From an uncultured Actinomycetota bacterium (GTDB taxonomy: Bacteria; Actinomycetota; Actinomycetes; Mycobacteriales; Jatrophihabitantaceae), in contig CAVZYJ010000014.1 of NCBI GenBank assembly GCA_963779485.1, forward strand, positions 61,960 through 125,959: 64,000 bases of DNA. Direction: 5' to 3'. Positions within the stretch are counted from its first letter, which is position 1, and each line of letters opens with the position of its first letter. The notes beneath the pieces were generated by a model. The model was not told the DNA's origin. It searched no databases and was given only the letters and a program-made list of their open reading frames with translations. This document shows, piece by piece, positions 10,471-19,933 of this stretch. Made by a program: the position numbers and the translations under genes.

Positions 10471-11966
10471 AACGCCCAGATCTCGGTCGACCGGTCTCGC
10501 TCATCTGCGCGACGGGCGCTCTCGGCTCGGTGATCATTGCGGCCAGCTCGTGGTGGGTCGCCGCCCTCCCTTCGACGCTTCGGCCTAACCCTCCAACCGT
10601 GCTCAGCGTCTTCCCGTTCGGTGGCGCGGTGCCGCGTGTGTGCTACTACGTCGGACTCGCACTCGTAGTCGTGACCTGGCTCGCGTTCGGCCGCTGGCTG
10701 CTCGTGCACGGACGACCGCTTCCCGCGCGGGATCTGCTGCGCTATGTGCTGAGCGTTGCCGCGCCATTGCTCGTTGCCGCCCCGGTGGCCAGTCGCGACC
10801 TGTGGGCATACGCGGCGCAGGGCAACATGATGGTGCGGGGCGTCAACCCCTACGTCTTTGGACCGTTCACCGTGCCGGGCCCGTTCACCGACGAGATGAG
10901 CCCCCGGTGGGTGTTCAGCCCGGCACCCTATGGACCGCTGTGGATGCAGATTGCCCATGCGATTGTCGGTGTTAGCGGCGATCGCCCGACGGTAGCCGTC
11001 CTGCTCCTGCGGTTGCCCGCGCTGCTCGGCGTGCTCCTTGCCGCCTGGACGCTGCCGCCCATCGCTCGGCGTATCGGTGGGCGCGCCGAGCTGGGCTTGT
11101 GGCTGGGCGTTGCCAGCCCCCTCACCCTGGTTCTGGGCGTGGGGGGCGGTCACAACGATCTGCTTATGGCCGGCCTGCTCGTCGCTGGACTGGCCGTCGT
11201 CTGCCGGGGCAGCTGGGTCGCGCTTGCGCTGGGCGCGGTCATACTCGGCGCGGCGACCGTAGTGAAGACTCCAGCAGTCGCCGGCCTGGCCTTCGCCATC
11301 CCTATCTGGCTGCATGTTCGCCAACCGAGTATGCGTGGCTACCCACCGGTCCGGACGATCGTGGCCAGTTCGATTCTCGCCGGCGCCGTAGGCATTGCGA
11401 CCATGACGATCGTCACCGTTGCCAGCGGTCTCGGCTGGGCCTGGGTACACGAAATCAGCTCGGATATCTCCGTGATCAACTGGCTTTCCGTGCCAACAGC
11501 AATCGCAATCGTTCTCAAGCTCGTCACGGGTCACGTCAGCGGGGCAACCGATCTCGACGCGAGCATGCGCCTCATCCGATCGCTCGGAAGTGCTCTCACC
11601 GGGGTTGTGCTGGCCGGTTTGTGGTTCGTGGCGCTCCGATGGGCGCCCCTGGCCTGCCTCGTCATCGGGCTTGGTGCTGCCGCGGTCCTGGTTCCGGCCG
11701 TGCAGCCGTGGTACTACTGCTGGGCGCTGGTGCTCGCCGGTCTCGTCGTGACGCGTCGCTGGGTCTGGCTCGTGCTCATGACGACCATCGTGAGCAGCGT
11801 CATCATGATCCGGCCCAACGGGGAGGGCCTCCAGATGGATCCCGCAGTGATCAACATAATTGCCGGATCGGCCGTCGCGTGCTGGCTCACGCTGCGTACT
11901 CGGCGCCGCCCAGCCGATCCAGCGTCAGCGCCGGACCACGACCGTGCCGAGCACGCCGGGACCTAG
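10464..11966 (+). CDS. MptB-like polyprenol-phosphate-mannose-dependent mannosyltransferase (GT-C, GT87/DUF2029-like)
   Basis: Frame of track ORF 10173..11966. SRDLWAYAAQGNMMVRGVNPYVFGP...SPAPYGPLWMQ...GGGHNDLLMAGL resembles MptB/MptA family loops. The start is placed at TTG 10464, just before the upstream stop; this is my choice and is uncertain. Confidence 0.7.
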   Translation: MLKRPDLGRPVSLICATGALGSVIIAASSWWVAALPSTLRPNPPTVLSVFPFGGAVPRVCYYVGLALVVVTWLAFGRWLLVHGRPLPARDLLRYVLSVAAPLLVAAPVASRDLWAYAAQGNMMVRGVNPYVFGPFTVPGPFTDEMSPRWVFSPAPYGPLWMQIAHAIVGVSGDRPTVAVLLLRLPALLGVLLAAWTLPPIARRIGGRAELGLWLGVASPLTLVLGVGGGHNDLLMAGLLVAGLAVVCRGSWVALALGAVILGAATVVKTPAVAGLAFAIPIWLHVRQPSMRGYPPVRTIVASSILAGAVGIATMTIVTVASGLGWAWVHEISSDISVINWLSVPTAIAIVLKLVTGHVSGATDLDASMRLIRSLGSALTGVVLAGLWFVALRWAPLACLVIGLGAAAVLVPAVQPWYYCWALVLAGLVVTRRWVWLVLMTTIVSSVIMIRPNGEGLQMDPAVINIIAGSAVACWLTLRTRRRPADPASAPDHDRAEHAGT

Positions 11967-12770
11967 GTGAGCGCCGACCACGGCGCCGAGTTCGGACATG
12001 TGAAGTTCGCCGAGCCGAGGGATGCCGTCGCGCAGTCGGTCGGCGAGCATCATCGCCCGGTCGGGCGCGGACAGGTGATGGACGGCGACATCAACCGACC
12101 GATCCCCCGCTGACTCGACGGTGAGCTCGACAAGGCGCGCGATCGCCTTGGCTGAGGTCCGAACCTTTTCCAGTGGGACGATCCGGCCATCGAGCATGTG
12201 CAGCAACGGCTTCACCGATAAGGACGTTGCGAGCAGCGCAGCCGCCGTTCCGACCCGCCCACCCCGTCGCAAGTATTCGAGCGTGTCGACATAGAAGTAC
12301 GTTCGAGTGGCATCGACGGTCGAGACCGCGGCGTCTTGTACGTCAGCCGGAGAACCGCCGGATCGTGCGGCATCCGCAGCCGCCAGCACGGCAAAACCCA
12401 GCGCCATCGCGGCCGAGCGTGAATCGACCACCCGCACCACGCCATAGCCGAAATCCTGCGCAGCCAACACTGCGGATTCCCACGTCCCGGACAGCGCCGC
12501 CGAGAGATGCACCGATACCACGCTGTCCGCCCCGGAGGCCAAGGCCGCTTGATAGGCGGCCGCGAACTCTGCCGGCGAGGGACGAGACGTGCGGACAATC
12601 TCCTTATTCTGCAGGGCGCTCGCCACCTCGCCGGGCGTGACGTCAACGCCGTCGGTGCCCGTCCGAGCGCCGATCGTCACCCCGAGCGGTACGACCCGGA
12701 CCCCGAACTCCTCGGCGACACCCGGAGGCAGGTACGCCGTGGAATCGGTAACGATGGCGACCGGCGACAT
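11925..12770 (-). CDS. DegV family fatty-acid-binding protein
   Basis: MSPVAIVTDSTAYLP...VVPLGVTIG...VRTSRPSP...VVSVHLSAALSGTWESA is typical DegV. Start at the internal ATG of track ORF 11925..12926. Confidence 0.9.
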   Translation of the reverse strand: MSPVAIVTDSTAYLPPGVAEEFGVRVVPLGVTIGARTGTDGVDVTPGEVASALQNKEIVRTSRPSPAEFAAAYQAALASGADSVVSVHLSAALSGTWESAVLAAQDFGYGVVRVVDSRSAAMALGFAVLAAADAARSGGSPADVQDAAVSTVDATRTYFYVDTLEYLRRGGRVGTAAALLATSLSVKPLLHMLDGRIVPLEKVRTSAKAIARLVELTVESAGDRSVDVAVHHLSAPDRAMMLADRLRDGIPRLGELHMSELGAVVGAHLGPGVLGTVVVRR

Positions 12771-13161
12771 GCCGTCACAGTAGTGATCGGGGCCTGCTGC
12801 ACGGACAGCAGACCCTCGCGCGGTGTGGGTCCTCGCGCACCGGAACCTCCCCGACCGTGTCGCGTCGCGCGCACTCCCGTGATCGATGAGACGGATGAGG
12901 TGCTCCCGAGTCGACTTCGCCCTCACTCATGCGCGGGACACGGCGGCACAACGACTGGCGACACAGTCCCGACACCTGGCCTGCCAATCTCGTTTAGTAG
13001 CTTATCGGGCCATGTCGTTCAGACCGTCACCCACCCGGCGATGTAAACCTGGTGGGACGTGAACGCACCGGCAGCGCAAGGTCAACTCAGCCTCCGCTCC
13101 GCAGCGACGAAAAGATTAGTCCAGCGGTCAACGAACAACATTGTTCCAAAAACTAGCACCA

Positions 13162-14199
13162 TCACTTAAGACGAACCACGTAGAACATGCTTCCGCTGTC
13201 CTTGTTTGACAGATATCCGTCTGGACTTGTCACGGTGCCCTCAAGTGGCTCGCGGCTTTCGCGAACAACAGCTTCAGCTCGAAACGGAGCAAAGTGTACC
13301 CGGACGCCGGACAGCACTTCGCACGCCGCACCGGACCACTGATTAGTGGCCTCCACGACCATATAGATGTAGCCGAGCGCTTGGTATTTCTCCGCTGTTG
13401 CTGCAACGAGTTCGAACGTATCGGCCTTCGCGAGATGATCAGAGCGAGCAATCATGAAGTGGTGGCCCACTCTGCTGGACTCATATGCGTCCCGAAAGTC
13501 GGGATAACGTGTGATTAACTCTGTTAGTGCCTCGGCATCTTGAGTACCGAGCAGCGCAAGTATAGGCCCCGTAAAATTCACGACGGACGCTAGAAATGGG
13601 TCATCTATACGGAGGTTAGGTGATACGTCGAAGGGCGGCATCGTCTCGTTGAATGCGCCGCCGACGACGCGGCCGTACTGATCCACGAAGGCAATGGACT
13701 GCGCCAGGACCTCCTCATTGATGGTAATTGCAGACGGTGGGGCGGTGGGATCGGTCAATACCAGCAGGCGGATAAACCAGTACAACAGCGCCTCACGGGT
13801 CCATGGGCCAAAGCTGTCTGTCCCGAATGGATCGACGTGGCGGGCGTACGTAAGTTCGATCGGTGGGCCTTTCGGAGGGCAGAGGTGACGAGCCTCCGGT
13901 TCTCGCTTGGCGAACGACGCGCCTACGACTTTGGCCATATCCAGCACCTGCGCCGGCGCCAGGTCTGCCGCCGGGAGGGCAGCGTGCCGATTGCTGCGAT
14001 AGGGCTGGGCCAGGGTGAAGTCGACCAGCGGCAAGTTCGATGGGAGGGCTTGTATTCCGTGATCCGAAACATCTGCGTACCCAGGGTAAGTGCAATAGGG
14101 CAATGGACGCGCCTCGTTAGGCAACGCCGGCTCTTCGATCGAGTCAAGCGAGGTTTCTGGGGGTCTCGGGTGGATCTCGTCAGGCGTTGTCGCAGGCAT
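13162..14199 (-). CDS. Hypothetical protein (345 aa), orphan in a lower-G+C stretch
   Basis: Long ORF in DNA of clearly lower G+C than its surroundings, where spurious long ORFs are less expected. The C-terminal part (GYIYMVVEATNQWSGAACEVLSGVRVHF) is faintly acyltransferase-like but not assignable. Confidence 0.6.
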   Translation of the reverse strand: MPATTPDEIHPRPPETSLDSIEEPALPNEARPLPYCTYPGYADVSDHGIQALPSNLPLVDFTLAQPYRSNRHAALPAADLAPAQVLDMAKVVGASFAKREPEARHLCPPKGPPIELTYARHVDPFGTDSFGPWTREALLYWFIRLLVLTDPTAPPSAITINEEVLAQSIAFVDQYGRVVGGAFNETMPPFDVSPNLRIDDPFLASVVNFTGPILALLGTQDAEALTELITRYPDFRDAYESSRVGHHFMIARSDHLAKADTFELVAATAEKYQALGYIYMVVEATNQWSGAACEVLSGVRVHFAPFRAEAVVRESREPLEGTVTSPDGYLSNKDSGSMFYVVRLK

Positions 14200-14274
14200 A
14201 GAACTCCTCAGCTGATTGAAATGAAAATGGATGGAGTTGAAGGGCAGCCAGTCTGCCTGGGAGCTCTCCCGACG

Positions 14275-14711
14275 TCAGGCGCTCGGCGGGGCGAATCGCT
14301 CCAGCTGGATGTTGTCGGGATCCCGGAAGACGAGCACTGAACCCCACGGTATGTCGGCGATCGGCGACTGGGTGAGCGGTTTGTCCTTCGTGTCGGTATC
14401 TTGCAAGGCTTCCGGGTCGGCGCGACTTGCCAGCGAGAGCCCGACTTGATCGAGTCCGATGCGCGCTCGTGAGATGTCTCACGGGCGTTGGCGCCGTGCC
14501 GGTGGATGGCAAAGGTCAGGTGCTCCTGCGCGTCGGTAAGGATCTTGCCGATGCCGACCGAGTGCGGTACGTCCAACTGATCGCTGATGCCGAAGACGCT
14601 GCTGTACCATCGAACGCTTGCGTCGAGGTCCGTGACAGTGATCGCGATGTAGTGTATTGGCTGCCGCGCCAGACCGCGGACTGACAGGGCAGCCAGCCCA
14701 TCTCGGCACAC
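14275..14711 (-). pseudogene. VOC/glyoxalase family gene interrupted by a frameshift
   Basis: The N-terminal half (IHYIAITVTDLDASVRWYSSVFG...LTFAIHRHGANA) is in the frame of track ORF 14208..14711. The C-terminal half (IGLDQVGLSLASRADPEALQDTDTKDKPLTQSPIADIPWGSVLVFRDPDNIQLERFAPPSA*) is in another frame ending at 14275. The switch lies within about 14462-14480. Confidence 0.75.
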
Positions 14712-14825
14712 CAGTTCCCGTGCGGCAGCAACAATCGTTGACCGGGCGGATTGCCGACGCTCCGCTCGCCCAATCCTTGTCGCATGGCTCCCAGACAGGT
14801 TCGATGTCTTGTTACGCTCTATGAG

Positions 14826-14841
14826 ACTCTGTCAACAGAGT
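14826..14841. promoter_or_regulatory. Perfect 16-bp palindrome ACTCTGTCAACAGAGT
   Basis: 7-bp arms with a 2-nt centre. The loop is too short for a hairpin, so it is more likely a dimeric protein site. It lies about 115 bp upstream of the VOC pseudogene. Confidence 0.3.
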
Positions 14842-14879
14842 AAAGGTGCTATCTGGGGCCTGGATGGGCGAGCAGTGTT

Positions 14880-15488
14880 CTATTCGATCTGGCGCCACGT
14901 GCATCCGCCCGAGAACTTGACCGCTCTGTCGGTTCGGTCAACAGTTATGGTCGTCGGCGCGCCCTGAGCAAGATTCTGGCTTGCGATGACCGCGCTCATC
15001 TCGCCCGACGTGGAGCGCAGCCGAGCCCAATAGCAGCCAAGCAGGCTTGCGGAGATCGTACTTACTCCGTTCGTCGACCATATGCCGGGCCGCGCCTGCG
15101 TAGGCACCAAGTACGTCCCGTCACCGAGCTGGGCGAGCGGCTGTGGCGGCACCGTCACAGTTGTCGTCATGGTTGCCGTGACCGTTGCCGTCATCGTTGC
15201 TTGCAGCGACGAGGCGGTCTGCGCAGACGACGAATTAGTAGTCGACGATGGGGTTGTCACCGCGGCCGGCGGACTAGGACTCGGATTAGGCGAAGCGCTG
15301 CTATGACCGGATCGCGTGCCAGTGACACCCACAAGGACGCCGCCGAAGATCATTCCCCCGATGGCCATGAATGCCGGCAGGAGACGTCGCCACGGTGCTG
15401 GCTGAACGATGACGGGGGATACAAAGCGCTCGGGCTCCTGGGATGTTTGAGGCGGCCCGTATTGCGTGTCGATCCGGTCCATCGGCAA
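14880..15488 (-). CDS. Hypothetical membrane-anchored protein with Ser/Thr/Pro-rich linker and small Cys-containing C-terminal domain
   Basis: 202 aa. One TM segment (LLPAFMAIGGMIFGGVLVGV), then a low-complexity S/T/P tract, then a ~90-aa domain with 2 Cys. Confidence 0.55.
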   Translation of the reverse strand: MPMDRIDTQYGPPQTSQEPERFVSPVIVQPAPWRRLLPAFMAIGGMIFGGVLVGVTGTRSGHSSASPNPSPSPPAAVTTPSSTTNSSSAQTASSLQATMTATVTATMTTTVTVPPQPLAQLGDGTYLVPTQARPGIWSTNGVSTISASLLGCYWARLRSTSGEMSAVIASQNLAQGAPTTITVDRTDRAVKFSGGCTWRQIE

Positions 15489-15643
15489 TCCTTCCGTGAC
15501 CCGAATGGTGGCTGTAGCCAGCTTGAGGTCGCCGGGTAGCAGCCCGAGTCGGCTGATCGCGATACCTTACCGGACCTATCGGCACGAACCGGGTTACGGT
15601 GTGGCCCAACCCTTCGCTTGCGACGTGCTTCGCACCCTTGAGC

Positions 15644-15664
15644 TAGCTACTTCGACCTGAAAAA
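15644..15664. repeat. Left terminal inverted repeat of the IS
   Basis: TAGCTACTTCGACCTGAAAAA; exact reverse complement at 17278-17298. Confidence 0.9.
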
Positions 15665-15749
15665 GTCGGCGCGTGGCGGTCCCGCGGGACGGGCTGGTTG
15701 AGCGGGAACGATGGCCTCGAACCCTTTGGCGGAAGGGATCGAGGCCATC

Positions 15750-17198
15750 GTGTTTCGTACGGTAGGCGATCAGGTGTCGCTGTGGGAGTCGATGCTGCCC
15801 GAGGAGTTGCTGCGTGTTGCCGGACGAGCTGGCGCGGGTGGACGCGCTGCTGGATGACGAGGCGTTCTTCGCGCCGTTCGTGCCGTTCTTCGATCCGCGG
15901 ATCGGGCGGCCGTCGACGCCGATGGAGACGTATCTGCGGTTGATGTTCTTGAAGTTCCGCTACCGGCTCGGGTACGAGTCGTTGTGCCGGGAGGTCAGCC
16001 GATTCGATCACGTGGCGGCGGTTCTGCCGGATCCCGCTCGATGGCACGGTGCCGCATCCGACGACGTTGATGAAGCTGACCACCCGCTGCGGCAGCGCGG
16101 CGGTCGACGGGCTGAACGAGGCGCTGCTGGCCAAGGCCGCGGAGGCGAAGCTGCTGCGCACGACCCGGGTGCGGGTCGACACGACGGTGCTGCCGGCGAA
16201 CGTGTCCTACCCGACCGACTCGGGGCTGCTGGCCAAGGCGGTCCGGCGGATCGCGGCGACGGGGCGGCGGATCCAGGCCGCGGGCGGTGCGACGCGCACC
16301 CGGGTGCGGGACCGCTCGCGCACGGCCGGGAAGCGGGCCTACGAGGTCGCCTCGAAGCTGCGCTCGCGCGCCGCGCTCGGCAAGGACGAGGCGCAGGCCG
16401 CGGTGCAGCGAGGTGACCGGCGAGCTCGCCGGCCTGGCCGAGAAGGCTGCGCACGACGCCGAAGCGGCTGCTGGCCAACGCGAAGGTGGCGTTGCGCCGC
16501 GCTCGAGCGAAGGCCGCAACGGCTCAAGGACTCCGGCGCAGCGCGACGCGGCCGCCGGGCGTCGCCGCGGCCGGCTGGCCCGCGCGGTCAACGACCTGAC
16601 CGAACTGCTGACCGCGACCCGCAAGATCGCCGCTGCAGACCCGGCAGCGGCTCGCCGGGAAGACCCCGGACGGCGCCACCCGGCGGGTCAGCCTGCACGA
16701 CCCGCACGCCCGCCCGATCCGCAAGGGCCGGCTCGGCAAGCCGGTCGAGTTCGGCTACAAGGCGCAGATCGCCGACAACGACGACGGCATCGTCCTCGAC
16801 CACGACGTCGCCCTCGGCAACCCGCCCGACGCACCCCGCCTGGCTCCGGCGATCGAGCGAGTCAGCAAGCCGCGCGAATCGGCCGCCACGCACCGTCGAC
16901 CGCGGACCGCGGTTACAGCGACGCCGGCGTCGAGGACGACCTGCGCGACCTGGGCGTTCGCAACGTCGTCATCCCCCGCACGGGCAAGACCAGCAAGGCC
17001 CGCCAAGCCTACGAGCGACGACGATCGTTCCGCCGCGAGGTCAAGTGGCGAACCGGATGCGAAGGCCGAATCAGCAACCTCAAGCGCAACTACGGCTGGG
17101 AACGCACCCGCATCGACACCATCGAGGGCGCCCGAACCTGGGCCGGATACGGAGTCCTCGCCCACAACCTGGTCAAGATCAGCAGCCTGGCCGCGTGA
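15750..17198 (+). pseudogene. IS5/IS1182-like transposase, multiply frameshifted
   Basis: Recognisable segments sit in alternating frames. In order they are:
- VFRTVGDQVSLWESMLPEELLR
- LPDELARVDALLDDEAFFAPFVPFFDPRIGRPSTPMETYLRLMFLKFRYRLGYESLCREVS
- DSITWRRFCRIPLDGTVPHPTTLMKLTTRCG...
- VTGELAGLAEKAAHDAE
- RLLANAKVALRRARAKAA
- GRLARAVNDLTELLTATRKIAA
- QTRQRLAGKTPDGATRRVSLHDPHARPIRKGRLGKPVEFGYKAQIADNDDGIVLDH...
- DRGYSDAGVEDDLRDLGVRNVVIPRTGK...GYGVLAHNLVKISSLAA*

At least four frame changes are unambiguous, and probably seven. Confidence 0.8.
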
Positions 17199-17277
17199 GG
17201 ACCGATCATGAAGATCACCGCCGCGACGCTCGGTCCGACACGCAGACCTCGTCCCGCAGCCGCCACTAACGGTCAGA

Positions 17278-17298
17278 GTTTTTCAGGTCGAAGTAGCT
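17278..17298. repeat. Right terminal inverted repeat of the IS
   Basis: TTTTTCAGGTCGAAGTAGCTA; exact reverse complement of 15644-15664. Confidence 0.9.
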
Positions 17299-17543
17299 AA
17301 CGGGACGACGGTCGCGTACGCACCCGCGGCCGCCACAGCCCAGGTTTCCGCCTTTTCGGCACGCTGATCGAGACATGTCTTTGTGGCCCAACGTGTTGCA
17401 AGTCAGCAGCCTTGACTGGCCTCCGGGCCGTGTCAAAAGGGCCTACTGATCCATTGATGTCGCGGCATCCCCTGGTCCGTTGGATCGACGATCCAAAACG
17501 AGCTTGGCTGAGATCCTGAGAACCTAAATTGCCGCGGAACGTG

Positions 17544-19049
17544 TCAGCCGCGCCGCAGTGTCGAGAGGTCTATGCCCTCGAGATCGGAGGCAGTGTCATC
17601 GGTAAAGCCAGTCGCCGCGTAGCCAATCCCTTCATAAATCTCCGGCTTGGTGCGACGAAGAACGGCGCCCCAGATGACACCCGCGATCGCTGCAGCCAGC
17701 ACGAGTGCCGGGAGTATCCAGCGTAGTGGCGAATCGGGCTCCGACCCGAGAAGCGTGTCGAAGTTATCAATCAGCAGCACGACCAGGGCAAGCAAGATCA
17801 CCACCGCCAGCGCGGGCGCTATTGCCCTCTGCCACACGTTTTCTTCGCTCGGGCGCCTTCGGAAGAAACCCACCACGGCCGCCGAAGTACCGGCCATCAG
17901 AAGTATCACCCCGACTGCCGATATGCCGCTTAACCAGGTGAATAGGGCCAAGATCGGGTCTGCGCCGGCCAGCGCGAAGATCACGACGACGATGAGCGCC
18001 AAGGTCGATTGGACAAGCGAGCCTGCGAGTGGGCCGCGGGTATGCGCCCCGACGAGACCGAGTCGCTTCGGCAATACCCGCTCGCGGCCCAACGCGAACA
18101 GGTAGCGGGCCACACCGTTGTGGAAGCTGAGCAGAGCCGCGAAGATGCTGGTCAGGAACAGGACATTAGCGACATCCGCTGCGCCGGAGCCGACATATTG
18201 GTCCAAGACGCCGAATACGAGACCGGGGCCATTCTCCGTTGCGGCCTTTTGCAGGTCGGGTGCTCCGACGTTGGCTGCCATCGCCCACGCCGAGACCGCG
18301 TAGAAGATCGATGTGAACGCGAGGGCAAAGTATGTCGCTCGCGCGACAGTCCGCCTCGGGTCGCGGCATTCCTCGCTGTAGCTCGCACCGGACTCGAACC
18401 CAATGAACGCGGCGACGCTGAAAGCAAAGACGGCCCCCACGCCGTGCACGAACAAGTTCGACGGCTTCAGGCCGGCTGTTGAGACGCTCCCGCCGGCAGG
18501 GTGGGCGAAGGCGACGATGTCGTAGATCGTCACCATGATCACTTCGCAGATGAGAAAAACGGCCAGCACACGCGCGTTGAGGTCTACGCGGGCGGCGCCG
18601 AGAAGGCCAACCACGGCCCATGCGCATAGTGCCCATGCCCACCAGGGCATGTCGAAACCGGTCTTGTCTGAGATGAACGACTCGATCGCGGCTCCGAACA
18701 GTCCGTACAGACCGATTTGGATGGCGTTGTAGGAGATGAGGGCAACAAACGCGCCGCTGACAGCAGATTCTCCGCCCAGCCCCCGTGCCAGGTAGGAGTA
18801 GAACGCGCCGGCGTTGGACACATAGCGGCTCATTGCCGCGTAGCCGACGACGAACAGGGCCAGGGCGATGCCAAGAAGGATGAACGACAACGGGACGCCG
18901 ACTATGCCCGTGACAGCGTAGGTCGTCGTTATTCCTCCGCCGAGCACGGTGAACGGTGCAGACGCAGCGACGGTGAAGAAGATGAGCGAGCCGACGCCGA
19001 TGCGGCGGCGTGCGAGTCGGGGGGCTTCGGCGGCCTGGGTAGCGGTCAT
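17544..19049 (-). CDS. APC superfamily amino acid/amine permease
   Basis: 501 aa with about 12 TM segments. N-terminus GVGSLIFFTVAASAPFTVLGGGI...YAAMSRYVSNAGAFYSYLARGLG is typical of APC permeases. Confidence 0.85.
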   Translation of the reverse strand: MTATQAAEAPRLARRRIGVGSLIFFTVAASAPFTVLGGGITTTYAVTGIVGVPLSFILLGIALALFVVGYAAMSRYVSNAGAFYSYLARGLGGESAVSGAFVALISYNAIQIGLYGLFGAAIESFISDKTGFDMPWWAWALCAWAVVGLLGAARVDLNARVLAVFLICEVIMVTIYDIVAFAHPAGGSVSTAGLKPSNLFVHGVGAVFAFSVAAFIGFESGASYSEECRDPRRTVARATYFALAFTSIFYAVSAWAMAANVGAPDLQKAATENGPGLVFGVLDQYVGSGAADVANVLFLTSIFAALLSFHNGVARYLFALGRERVLPKRLGLVGAHTRGPLAGSLVQSTLALIVVVIFALAGADPILALFTWLSGISAVGVILLMAGTSAAVVGFFRRRPSEENVWQRAIAPALAVVILLALVVLLIDNFDTLLGSEPDSPLRWILPALVLAAAIAGVIWGAVLRRTKPEIYEGIGYAATGFTDDTASDLEGIDLSTLRRG

Positions 19050-19273
19050 AGGGTGATCCTTCCCGGGTCAAGATAGGCCGCGGGGGAGTCTATTGCTCTG
19101 TCGGCTTCGTGTTCAAGTCGAGCTACGGATTGGCGACGGGTGTGTACGCCCAGCGATATCCACAGCCCTTCGGTCGCGTTGGGTAGCAGTCGTCCAGCAC
19201 CGCCTGTATATCGATACACTCCATCCATCCTGACGGCACGACCAAGATGACAGCAGTTGACTCGGGGTGAGCG

Positions 19274-19915
19274 ATGGCGACTCTCGACCTGGCCAAGCAG
19301 TTCTTCCTTATCGGCCACGACGAGTTCTCCGGCCGGCCGGCGGTTAGCCAGGAGCTGGTCGAATGCGGGCTGGTTGGTGCCCTGTTGGGCGAACTGATCA
19401 TAGAGGGCCGACTTAGCGTCAAGGACGGCCGGGTTGTGGTTCTCGCCCATGACCCAGTGGACAGCAGTCTTGGCGACCGGATCGTCAACGCCGTCGACCG
19501 ACAGTCAACGAGTCATCGCGTCCGAACCTGGGCCGAAGAACTCGGGCCCGATGCCTATCGGATGATTTCAGACCGCCTTGTCTCGGACGGCAAGTTGCGC
19601 CGTGAGCGCAGCCGCAGACTTCTCGGACAAGCTGGCGAACGGTACCCAGCCGTCGACCTCTATGACGCGACGCGCCCACGGCTCGAGCTGAACTATGTCA
19701 TCCGTCATCGTGAAGAGATTGACTTGGACCAGGCCGTCTTAGCGTCGTTGCTAACCGCGGTTGGTATCGAGGCGCTCCTCGCGCTGGACATGCCCCGCGA
19801 GCGTCTTCGTGCAGTGATCAACTCGCTGACCGCGGCGATGCCCTCGCCGTTACAGGAACTCTTGGCTGGCATCGACGAGACGGTCGCATCGATCATGGTC
19901 ACCATTCATCGATGA
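19274..19915 (+). CDS. GPP34/GOLPH3-like family protein
   Basis: 213 aa. LAKQFFLIGHDEFSGRP...LVGALLGELIIEGRL resembles the actinobacterial GPP34 family. Confidence 0.7.
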   Translation: MATLDLAKQFFLIGHDEFSGRPAVSQELVECGLVGALLGELIIEGRLSVKDGRVVVLAHDPVDSSLGDRIVNAVDRQSTSHRVRTWAEELGPDAYRMISDRLVSDGKLRRERSRRLLGQAGERYPAVDLYDATRPRLELNYVIRHREEIDLDQAVLASLLTAVGIEALLALDMPRERLRAVINSLTAAMPSPLQELLAGIDETVASIMVTIHR

Positions 19916-19933
19916 GTGACGGAGCGTGACCCT

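Larger units (their letters stand above)
15644..17298 (+). mobile_element. IS5/IS1182-like insertion sequence (1655 bp) with inactivated transposase
   Basis: Perfect 21-bp terminal inverted repeats TAGCTACTTCGACCTGAAAAA (15644-15664) and their reverse complement (17278-17298) bracket DDE-transposase-like coding segments. The flanks read CTAG / CTAA if the ends are set 3 nt inward (YTAR-like target). Confidence 0.85.

Noticed and set aside
17385-17410. IS6-like terminal repeat candidate GGCCCAACGTGTTGCAAGT right of the IS5-like element
   Set aside because: It shares only the TGTTGCAA core with IS6 ends. No transposase remnant is adjacent, so the evidence is too weak.
19046-19488. Minus-strand ORFs 19046..19450 and 19123..19488 opposite the GPP34-like gene
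   Set aside because: They are antisense to a gene with family-typical sequence, have no motif or RBS, and begin inside the divergent promoter region.
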